Shown here: positions 1 to 7,412 of the stretch, piece by piece
Position numbering within the stretch: position 1 is the first letter of the stretch
Layout: every line of letters begins with the position of its first letter
Assembly (NCBI GenBank): GCA_963795005.1
Contig: CAWCGE010000016.1
Coordinates: 1,314 to 65,313, forward strand
Direction: 5' to 3'
DNA length: 64,000 nt
From: an uncultured Acidobacteriota bacterium
GTDB taxonomy: Bacteria > Acidobacteriota > Terriglobia > Acidiferrales > UBA7541
Position numbers and translations under genes: made by a program
The notes under the pieces: generated by a model
The model's input: the letters and a program-made list of their open reading frames with translations, nothing else
What the model was told of the DNA's origin: nothing
Database searches by the model: none

Positions 1-1886
1 AGGTTCATCGCGGTGCGCAGGATGCCTTCCCACAAATCGTTGGCTGCAGCCACAGCCAGCCGGACGGGCTTCCCCTCTTTTTCCGCAAGGGCCAGCACTC
101 TGGTGAAGAGCAACTGCTCGATGGTGCTGAAAAGCTGGTCCGGCGCCAGATCGTATTCGCCGGATGCCGCGCGACGCAGCATGCGCACGTGCAGTACGAC
201 GATCTCCGCTTCCTTCTCCCGAGCCAGCCGTAATACGGCTTCGAGATGATAGAGGGCGTAATATGTGCTGACCGGAACCAAAATATTTCCGGGCTTGACT
301 CCCACGCTTGTGGGGGTCAGTTCGGCTTCCGGAGCAAGGTTAAATTGATCGAGCTCAACATGAGCGGCCCCGGCAGCGCGCGCGCGCATGCGATGCTCGG
401 AGATCTCAAACACGCTGAAGAGCAAAATCGTGAAAGTGATTCCCGCGATGGTCGCTTGCGGCTTGGTGAATAGGTTGATCACCGCGATGGCAAAAAGGAC
501 CAAGGTGATCAGCCCGAGGCCGACCGGAATCTCTTTGCCGAAAATTACGGGATTAAGCGGCACGCGGTACTCGCGGTCCTGCGGGTGCGTGTAGCGCAAC
601 ACCAGCACCGCGATGCCCTTCATGGAAAAGCTCCAGATCACGCCAAAGGCGTACAGGTTTCCGAGAAATGTAACGTCGCCGCGGCTGGCGATGATGGTGA
701 TGATCTGAAACAGCACCACGAGGTTGATAATGCGGTCGGTGGTTCCAAACCGGCGATGCGGGTGGCGAAACCAATCCGTGAGAACTCCATCCTCAGAGAC
801 GCGATTCAGCACACCATTGGACCCGACGATGGCGGTATTCACAGCCCCAGCGAGAATCAGCGTGCCGACCACGACGACAAAGACGTGGAAAGCCACGCGC
901 ACACGAAAACTTCCCACCAAGTGCATCGCTAGCCCGCCGATTAAATTCTCGGTGAAGTTTCCGCGCACGTTATCAGGAATGATCATCACCGCGAAAAAGG
1001 AGACCAACGAGGTAAACACCAGGCTGTAGATGAAAATCACCAGCCCGGCTTTTTTCAGATTCCTGAGCTTGGGGTGCTCGATTTCGCGGTAAACCTGGGC
1101 GAGCGATTCTTCACCGCTCATGGCCAGCACCGAATGGCCCAAGCCAACAAAGATAATGATCAGCGTGACGGTGTGCGCCCAATGGTAGCGGTCCAGCCAG
1201 CCGAGCGAGCCCTTGTCGAGCTTCATATTTTGCGGCGTGGGCATAGGCGGCAAATGCCAGCCCCCGCGCACCCATAGGGTGTAGACGCACCAGGTGATCA
1301 GCACCACCACCATGATGGTGGTGAGTTCCATGATGCGCAGAGCTTTGCCGCTGGATTCCGGGACGCCTTTGATGTTTTCCCACCAAAAATACAGCGTGAT
1401 AGCAATGGCCACCGTGGCAGCTGTGCCGTTCACGTTCAGCTGAAGTGACATTCCCGCGTGGCGGAAAAGCTCGTTGATGACACCCACGAGGTACTGCCCC
1501 GCGGAAACGCCGCTGATCGGGCCAGTAAGGACGTAATCAAACATAAGAGCCGAAACAGAAAACTTGGCGAGAGTGCCGCCGAGGGCCTCCTTTACGACGC
1601 GATATACGCCGCCGCGCACAAACATGCTGCAGCTTTCCACGTAGATCGCGCGCACCGCATAGGAGAACAGCATGATGCCGAGGATGAACCACGGCGCCGT
1701 CTTGCCGATGAATTGCTCAGCCTCGCCGCCGGCGTAATAGGCCGAGGAAGCCAGGTCATTGAGGACGATTGCCGCGGCGCGCCAGAAGGAAATAAAGGCC
1801 AGCATGGCCGTGGTGGCCACGAGGACTTTCGCTACAGGACGGACGCGACCTGGCGTGAATGTGGGACCTGTGGAGTTGGAAACCAT
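1..1886 (-). CDS. APC-superfamily amino acid/polyamine permease with a C-terminal UspA-like domain. The 3' end runs off the window.
   Basis: This gene is not in the ORF track because it has no stop inside the window. My hand translation of the minus strand from the ATG at 1886-1884 gives MVSNSTGPTFTPGRVRPVAKVLVATTAMLAFISFWRAAAIVLNDLASSAYYAGGEAEQFIGKTAPWF..., followed by many hydrophobic helices. It ends in ...ILVPVSTYYALYHLEAVLRLAREKEAEIVVLHVRML..., which looks like a universal stress protein fold. The plus-strand ORFs in this region look like antisense shadows. Confidence 0.72.
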   Translation of the reverse strand, partial: MVSNSTGPTFTPGRVRPVAKVLVATTAMLAFISFWRAAAIVLNDLASSAYYAGGEAEQFIGKTAPWFILGIMLFSYAVRAIYVESCSMFVRGGVYRVVKEALGGTLAKFSVSALMFDYVLTGPISGVSAGQYLVGVINELFRHAGMSLQLNVNGTAATVAIAITLYFWWENIKGVPESSGKALRIMELTTIMVVVLITWCVYTLWVRGGWHLPPMPTPQNMKLDKGSLGWLDRYHWAHTVTLIIIFVGLGHSVLAMSGEESLAQVYREIEHPKLRNLKKAGLVIFIYSLVFTSLVSFFAVMIIPDNVRGNFTENLIGGLAMHLVGSFRVRVAFHVFVVVVGTLILAGAVNTAIVGSNGVLNRVSEDGVLTDWFRHPHRRFGTTDRIINLVVLFQIITIIASRGDVTFLGNLYAFGVIWSFSMKGIAVLVLRYTHPQDREYRVPLNPVIFGKEIPVGLGLITLVLFAIAVINLFTKPQATIAGITFTILLFSVFEISEHRMRARAAGAAHVELDQFNLAPEAELTPTSVGVKPGNILVPVSTYYALYHLEAVLRLAREKEAEIVVLHVRMLRRAASGEYDLAPDQLFSTIEQLLFTRVLALAEKEGKPVRLAVAAANDLWEGILRTAMN

Positions 1887-2031
1887 ATGCTTTTGGAATG
1901 CGGGAATGAACTATACGTTGAAACCGGCGCAAAAAGGAAGACTCGTTAGCGGACTTCTTGCCGCCGGGTAACTAGCCGCGAGCGGCCCGATTGGGCATTT
2001 CGGGGCCCGGTTGAAGGAATCACGCTGAAAG

Positions 2032-2415
2032 CTATGCCGTTTTTTGCTTCGCCGCTGAACCGAACTCGCGAACGCACGCCTCGCATGGGCAAATTTCGCG
2101 AAGGTGCTCGAAGCTGAAAATTCCAGTGGCATGGCTATCGCTGAATTGGATCTGAATCGCGTAATTCCCTACGGCGTTCGCGCTCTTGGCGGTGACGCGC
2201 GGCTTATACATTGGAAGGACCGCCGTCGCGGGTACGGCCTTCGACTTCTTCTCGCGTTCATCATTGCACAGAGCACACGGGCAGTGATCGCGTAAGTAGG
2301 GAAACGTATAGGTGCTTGTGTGCATGTCGGCCCAGGTAATCTCGACGCCTTCGCCGGTTGAGACGTGCACCTTGATGCTGCTAGGTTTCTTGCGAACATC
2401 CTGCGGAATCGGCAT
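2032..2415 (-). CDS. DUF971 family protein (gamma-butyrobetaine hydroxylase-like N-terminal domain)
   Basis: The 127-aa ORF carries paired Cys motifs (LRDHCPCALCNDE ... LREICPCEAC) and the HTSTYTFPYLR signature typical of DUF971. Confidence 0.7.
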   Translation of the reverse strand: MPIPQDVRKKPSSIKVHVSTGEGVEITWADMHTSTYTFPYLRDHCPCALCNDEREKKSKAVPATAVLPMYKPRVTAKSANAVGNYAIQIQFSDSHATGIFSFEHLREICPCEACVREFGSAAKQKTA

Positions 2416-2422
2416 TTACAGT

Positions 2423-2625
2423 TCAGCCTGCAATTTGGAAATCAATCTTCTGGGCTTCCCTAACGCGACGCGAGGCATCGAGAATCTCCATTGAAACGAG
2501 ATTCCCGTCGCCATCGTAATCATGCATGATACCCGCCTGTTCTTCATCACTCTCAGCAACGGAAGCGTTCTCCCTCAGGGATGAAACTAAGCGTGTCCGT
2601 CTTTGGGTCGTAGTTGACCGTTCAC
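2423..2625 (-). pseudogene. DUF2283-like small gene (antitoxin-like partner of DUF4258), apparently frameshifted
   Basis: By hand translation, one frame gives TVNYDPKTDTLSFIPEGE and the next frame (+1) gives NASVAESDEEQAGIMHDYDGDGNLVSMEILDASRRVREAQKIDFQIAG*. Joined, they match the DUF2283 pattern (YD..aD.L.i......e.....v..DyD.dG.lvgiEIldAS). The only start candidate is a GTG at 2625-2623, forming a GTGA overlap with the upstream stop, and it is in a third frame. Confidence 0.5.
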
Positions 2626-2878
2626 TTGCTCTCTGTCGAGCAGTGCAAAACCTTGCTAGTACGATACACCGTTACCACCTCCGGCGCGTTCCCGATCGAC
2701 ATCCACAAAGACGCAAATCAGGTAAGGCTTCGAGGAGCCTTTCATTGCGACGCGCGACTGCAGGACCACACGACCGGGCCGAATTTCGAGCACCTGCTCC
2801 GGGCGCGCAAGAACTGTAGGATATTGCCGGCCGCTTCATCTCAAAGCGCGCGTGATCTCCCAGAACATATTTTGCCAT
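2622..2878 (-). pseudogene. DUF4258-like small gene (toxin-like), apparently frameshifted twice
   Basis: The track ORF 2672..2878 starts MAKYVLGDHARFEMKR and then turns into junk. Switching +1 near 2829 gives RQYPTVLARPEQVLEIRPGRVVLQSRVAMKGSSKPYLICVFVDVDRE. Switching +1 again near 2688 gives APEVVTVYRTSKVLHCSTESK*. The joined sequence resembles the DUF4258 signature (HA..Rm..R.i......l..pe.v........... yl..Vvv..d....VvTvYrtsk). Confidence 0.5.
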
Positions 2879-2897
2879 ATCCCCGCCAACGATCGGT

Positions 2898-3578
2898 TCA
2901 CACCGGCTCGGGTTTCAGAGTCGCGCTGATGTGCGCGAGACGCCCGTGAGCGAGCTCAATCCGCCGGTCCGCAAGGCAGCCGATGGATGGGGCGTGCGTG
3001 ACCATCAAGATGGTGTGGCCTTCCCGATGCATTTCGCGCAGAAGCTTGAGCACGATTTGTTCGTTCATCTCGTCGAGGTTACCGGTCGGCTCGTCCGCCA
3101 GAACCAGCCTTGGATGATTGATCAGGGCACGCGCGACGGCCACGCGCTGCTGCTCGCCGCCGGAAAGCTGCGAAGGAAGGTGTTCAGCGCGGTCGCCCAG
3201 TCCGACGCGCTCGAGAGATTGGCGCGCTTCTTTTTCATCCGTAGTACTGTGAAAATATTGCGCCAGCATCACGTTCTCCAGCGCCGTGAGGTAGGACACC
3301 AAATGAAACTGCTGGAATACGAAGCCAACCTTTTCGGCGCGGAAACGCGTGAGCCCAGCCTCATCCAGGCGCGCAACATCGGTGCCAGCCACGATTGCCC
3401 GGCCGGAAGTCGGGGTATCAAGCCCGCCAAGAATATTGATCAGCGTGGTCTTGCCCGAGCCCGATGGACCCATGATGGCGATCCATTCGCCTTCGTCGAT
3501 GCGCAGCGAAACGTCGTCGAGGGCGCGCACGCTGCCAAATACCTTGCGCAGATTATTGATCTCAACCACCGTGGCCAC
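2898..3578 (-). CDS. ABC transporter ATP-binding protein (MacB/LolD-type)
   Basis: The protein has Walker [10 protein letters not shown], signature [15 protein letters not shown] and Walker [13 protein letters not shown]. It is the last gene of the FTR1/FtsX operon. Confidence 0.9.
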   Translation of the reverse strand: MATVVEINNLRKVFGSVRALDDVSLRIDEGEWIAIMGPSGSGKTTLINILGGLDTPTSGRAIVAGTDVARLDEAGLTRFRAEKVGFVFQQFHLVSYLTALENVMLAQYFHSTTDEKEARQSLERVGLGDRAEHLPSQLSGGEQQRVAVARALINHPRLVLADEPTGNLDEMNEQIVLKLLREMHREGHTILMVTHAPSIGCLADRRIELAHGRLAHISATLKPEPV

Positions 3579-3584
3579 GATTCC

Positions 3585-4730
3585 CTACTCTCCCCGCAAG
3601 ATGACGGCTGGCTTCACGTTCCCTAATGTGCGCAACGGAAGTGCGCCCGCCAGGGCTACCACGATCATCAATCCGATCGTCACCGGAAAAATTTCCCAGC
3701 GTGGCGAGATCGCGGCGCCAAACACGCGCAACCCCATCCAGTAGGAAAGTGCGACTCCGAGGATCGCCCCGAAAAGTCCGCCAACGGCGCCCAGCACGCC
3801 CACCTCGACCAAAAACAATCCAACGATGCGCGAAATGGAACCGCCCAGCGACTTCATCAGCCCGACGTCCTTGCGGCGTTCCATAGCCAACGCGGCCATG
3901 GTACCGAGTACGCACAGCGCCGTCAGAACCAGGATCAGCACCACCATCGAAAAAATGAGAAGCTGGATGCGGTCTAGCAACGCGCCCTCGACTTCAGTCA
4001 CCTGACGCATGGGCCGCACCTGCACTCCCGCGCGAACGGCGTTGGTCAGACGCGCGGTATATTCTGCGACGGTCCTGGCCGCGCCACTTACGCATATTTG
4101 CACCAAGCTGATCTGCCCGTCCAAATTCGCCAGCGCTTGCACGGTTCGCAGGCTGGCGAAGACCTGGTCATCGTCGGTGCCCCCCGCATCCACGATTCCT
4201 GCGACCGTGAATTGGGCGGAGCGATTCAAATAATCGAGCTTGAGCACTCCGCCCGGCGCAAGATGCAATTGGCGCGCCACGGCGCGGCCGATCAGGCAGT
4301 GCGAGTCATCTTCGCGCGACGAGATCCAACTCCCTTGCAGCTTCCACGTCGGCTCGATTTTCTGCGCCTGATCCAGCCAGGTTCCGGCCACTACAACCGG
4401 TGTGCCTTGCGCGCGCGCGACGATATAGAGATACGGCGCTGCCGGAACCACTTCCGGTGATTCCAAACGCTCGAGCGGCGGAAGGACCTGGTCTTCTCGC
4501 ATCAGAGTGGGCGGTGCAGCGCCGTTCTCCGATGATGCGCCCGTCGCCGGCGAGATCACGATATTCGCGCCCAACGAGCGAAATTCTTGCGTCAACTTGC
4601 TCTGCACGCCGAGATCGAGATTCAGCAGGGCGGAAATCACCGCAGCTCCACTGACGATCGCGAGAATCGCGACTGCCAACCGGCCACGACTCCCGCGCAG
4701 AAGTTGAAACACCAGGCGCCAGAACATCAT
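3585..4730 (-). CDS. ABC transporter permease, FtsX/MacB-like
   Basis: I trimmed track ORF 3585..5231 to the internal MMFWRLVFQLLRGSRGRLAVAILAIVSGAAV... start. Its ATG at 4730 forms an ATGA overlap with the upstream stop at 4727-4729. The protein has an N-terminal TM helix, a periplasmic domain and a C-terminal FtsX 4-TM bundle. Confidence 0.85.
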   Translation of the reverse strand: MMFWRLVFQLLRGSRGRLAVAILAIVSGAAVISALLNLDLGVQSKLTQEFRSLGANIVISPATGASSENGAAPPTLMREDQVLPPLERLESPEVVPAAPYLYIVARAQGTPVVVAGTWLDQAQKIEPTWKLQGSWISSREDDSHCLIGRAVARQLHLAPGGVLKLDYLNRSAQFTVAGIVDAGGTDDDQVFASLRTVQALANLDGQISLVQICVSGAARTVAEYTARLTNAVRAGVQVRPMRQVTEVEGALLDRIQLLIFSMVVLILVLTALCVLGTMAALAMERRKDVGLMKSLGGSISRIVGLFLVEVGVLGAVGGLFGAILGVALSYWMGLRVFGAAISPRWEIFPVTIGLMIVVALAGALPLRTLGNVKPAVILRGE

Positions 4731-6055
4731 CCGCCCCTTAGAATCAGGGCCGCTTCGAAATGCGCCGCACGTCTCAGGGGAAGCAAACTTCCGGCAATCG
4801 CCACGATCGCCGCGAGACCAAGGACGATTGGTAGCAAGACCAAACGAGGCGATGCCGGACTTCCAAACACGCTCTCGCCCAATATCCGCGCCAAAGCCGT
4901 TCCGGCAACAAAACCCAGCGCGCCGCCGATGATCGCCAGCAGCACCTGTTCGGCAAGAAAAATTCCATTCACCAAAGCGTTGCTCGCGCCCAGAGCCTTC
5001 ATCACGCCGATTTCCGCTTGCCGCTCGAGTACGGTAGTCGCGGACGTGGCCGCGACCGCCAGCCCAGCGGCTATCAGTGCCGCAAGGGTAACAATCCAAA
5101 GCAGCGTGCCTACGCGGTCGAGAATGCGGCCCTCGGTTTCCGCCACTCGCCGAATGGTGTGGACATCGGTGCCGGGCAGCACTGTCTTGATCTGGTAGCT
5201 GATCGAGGAAATGTAGGGAGAACAGAACCAACGATCGTATTCCGTCGGAGTAAGCTGAATGCTCTGGTCACTCTGCGCGCGCTCGCCGCGTTCCGCCAGT
5301 GCGTCGGCGGGCTTGGTTAAAGCGCTGACGAAGAGTTGGCGAAATTCGCCGGGATGCCCAGATATTTTCTGTGCCACGGAAAGCGGCACGAGAATTCCCC
5401 TATCTTCGGCATCCTCCGCCGAGACAATGCCCGTCACCCTAAGCGGCGTCACGGTTGCGCCGGTTTTGTCGCCCGCCTCGCGGCCACTCACATAAATCGT
5501 CTGGCCCGGCTTAATATCGGGCATCTTCTGGGAAAATGCCGCTCCCAGGACGCATTCGCCAGCCCCATCCGCGAACCAGCGGCCTTCGATTTTCCACCAA
5601 GGATGCGTCACGCTCAGACCTGTCTTGAACGCGGTGCCATCCGGAACAGGCACCCCGTGTTCATACCAAGTTCCTATCAGGGTCACGGGAATGGGCGCTT
5701 GGTCTTGCCGGGTCGACATCGAGGCGGGAACATCAAGAAAGGGCGTGAAGCCCAAAATATTGTGGCGCCAGAATATCGTTTTCAATTTGCCGAGGTCAGC
5801 CTCTTTCAGATAGGCGCCTTCATCCACGGGGCGATAATCCACGCCGCCAATTTCCACGGGCAAGGTGTCCGATTCCGGCGTAACCAGCAGATTGGCGCCG
5901 AGGCTGCGGAATTCGCGTGCCAGCCGGTCGCCCACTTCGAGCGCGACGGTGAGCGTCGCCGTGGCCACCGCCATTCCGACGACCAGCGCGGCAGCGGTCA
6001 ATAATTTGCGGCGCGGATTGCGAACGAAAGATTCCCGTACCAGGCGAGCGAACAT
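4727..6055 (-). CDS. ABC transporter permease, FtsX/MacB-like
   Basis: The 442-aa protein starts MFARLVRESFVRNPRRKLLTAAALVVGMAV and contains a large periplasmic domain. The C-terminal FtsX region reads ...EIGVMKALGASNALVNGIFLAEQ... Confidence 0.85.
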   Translation of the reverse strand: MFARLVRESFVRNPRRKLLTAAALVVGMAVATATLTVALEVGDRLAREFRSLGANLLVTPESDTLPVEIGGVDYRPVDEGAYLKEADLGKLKTIFWRHNILGFTPFLDVPASMSTRQDQAPIPVTLIGTWYEHGVPVPDGTAFKTGLSVTHPWWKIEGRWFADGAGECVLGAAFSQKMPDIKPGQTIYVSGREAGDKTGATVTPLRVTGIVSAEDAEDRGILVPLSVAQKISGHPGEFRQLFVSALTKPADALAERGERAQSDQSIQLTPTEYDRWFCSPYISSISYQIKTVLPGTDVHTIRRVAETEGRILDRVGTLLWIVTLAALIAAGLAVAATSATTVLERQAEIGVMKALGASNALVNGIFLAEQVLLAIIGGALGFVAGTALARILGESVFGSPASPRLVLLPIVLGLAAIVAIAGSLLPLRRAAHFEAALILRGG

Positions 6056-6059
6056 CGCG

Positions 6060-7322
6060 TCAGGAGTGAATCTTGGAGGCGGCGTCGCCCAGCGCCGAGA
6101 GGTCCACGATCACTTCGCCTCCTTCCACGCGGGACTTCACGCTGATGGGATTGCATCCGCCCGACTGGCCGATCGAGGGTATGTAGATGGACGCTCCGCA
6201 ATTCCGGCAGATGACGTTCTGGCCGTCCTGCCGGTAACCGGCCGTGCCGCAAATCTGGCAGGCATCCAGCGCTACCGCGTAGTCGCCGTTTTGCTTGTGA
6301 ATCACCAGAAAACGGATCACCGTGCCGTTCACGTCGGCCGTATAGAAGTGCAGGCTCGAATCGGTCAGCTCTGACAGCGGTATGCGGACATGGCTATCCT
6401 GGGCGATGAGCGTCTTGGCAGGCGAAGGCGCAGCAGCAACGCGCCCGTACACGTATTCTCCAGCGAATGAAATCACGACGGCGACGCACAAAATCGCTGC
6501 GGCAAAACTCCAGCCGCGCTGGCGCCGGAATTCGTGTTCTCGCATGCGCCGCTCGGCAGGGTTGGCCGCTTGGTCTGCGGCGGGCTGCTTCGCGCTGAAC
6601 CATTCGCGGAGGACCACCAGCGCCGCGGCGCCCAAAATCAAAACGAAAAAGAAGACTTCGTTGCGCACGATCGGGCCGATGGTGGACATCTCCGTCTTGC
6701 TCGAGGGAATCCACATTGCTTCGCTCAGTTCATGGACGCCGGTGAGCGCAAGCTGAAAAGCGACCACCATCAAAATGGCGCTGGTGGCCTTGAAAAACCG
6801 GCGGAGCGGAATCCGCAACGTACCTTGAAAAAAGAAGACCCCGACGGCGATCGCGATCGCAATGCCGATAGCCGTGCCGATCCAGACCTGCACGCCCGCG
6901 CTGGAAAGTTCCACGGCGCGCAGGACCAGCACCAATTCGGCGCCTTCGCGCACCACCATCAGAAAGACGAACAGGCCGATACCCCATCCCGCGGCGCGCG
7001 TCGATTTCTGCGCGTAGGCCTCCACACGCTGCTCGATTTCTTTTTTCAGATGCCGCGCCACGCGGTTCATCCAAACAATCATCGAGATCACGAGGACCGA
7101 AGCGACCAGCATCAGCAGGCCCTCGAAGCCATCCTCGCTGACCTGCCAGCGGTCCAGCAGCACGGCGGCCGCAACGCTCGCCACGGAAGCGAAAATCACG
7201 CCAGCCCAAACGTAACTAGCAAGTGCACGGCGACCCGTGCGTTTCAAATACACGAGGACGATGCCGACGACGAGGGCAGCTTCGACACCTTCACGGAGAG
7301 CCAGGAGCAGCGCAGAGAGCAT
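6060..7322 (-). CDS. Fusion protein with an N-terminal FTR1-family iron permease and a C-terminal DUF2318 Cys-rich membrane domain
   Basis: Two REGxE motifs are present (LREGVEAALV near the N-terminus and VREGAELVLV) within a polytopic N-terminal half. The C-terminal roughly 150 aa contains ...LDACQICGTAGYRQDGQNVICRNCGASIYIPSIGQSGGCNPISV..., which matches the DUF2318 pattern (CxxC...CxxC...GGCNP). Confidence 0.8.
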   Translation of the reverse strand: MLSALLLALREGVEAALVVGIVLVYLKRTGRRALASYVWAGVIFASVASVAAAVLLDRWQVSEDGFEGLLMLVASVLVISMIVWMNRVARHLKKEIEQRVEAYAQKSTRAAGWGIGLFVFLMVVREGAELVLVLRAVELSSAGVQVWIGTAIGIAIAIAVGVFFFQGTLRIPLRRFFKATSAILMVVAFQLALTGVHELSEAMWIPSSKTEMSTIGPIVRNEVFFFVLILGAAALVVLREWFSAKQPAADQAANPAERRMREHEFRRQRGWSFAAAILCVAVVISFAGEYVYGRVAAAPSPAKTLIAQDSHVRIPLSELTDSSLHFYTADVNGTVIRFLVIHKQNGDYAVALDACQICGTAGYRQDGQNVICRNCGASIYIPSIGQSGGCNPISVKSRVEGGEVIVDLSALGDAASKIHS

Positions 7323-7331
7323 ATCTTTCTC

Positions 7332-7363
7332 AGTTGTAAGTCATTTACAACTGGAAATTCCAG
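7332..7363. promoter_or_regulatory. Two adjacent perfect palindromes in the divergent control region
   Basis: The first palindrome is AGTTGTAA-gtcat-TTACAACT (7332-7352). It overlaps CTGGAA-A-TTCCAG (7351-7363) by two bases. The first lies only 10 nt upstream of the FTR1-DUF2318 start codon at 7322. Confidence 0.5.
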
Positions 7364-7412
7364 TTTAGCCCTGCCTTGCTCTTAAATCAAGCGAATTCAC
7401 TGCGACAACACT

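Noticed and set aside
4731-5231. N-terminal extensions of track ORFs (3585..5231, 12259..12777, 38357..39730, 20410..24168, 44306.., 46963.., 57061..)
   Set aside because: The extensions overlap the upstream gene or read as low-complexity junk. Internal Met codons give signal peptides, lipoboxes or family-typical N-termini, and in several cases ATGA coupling.
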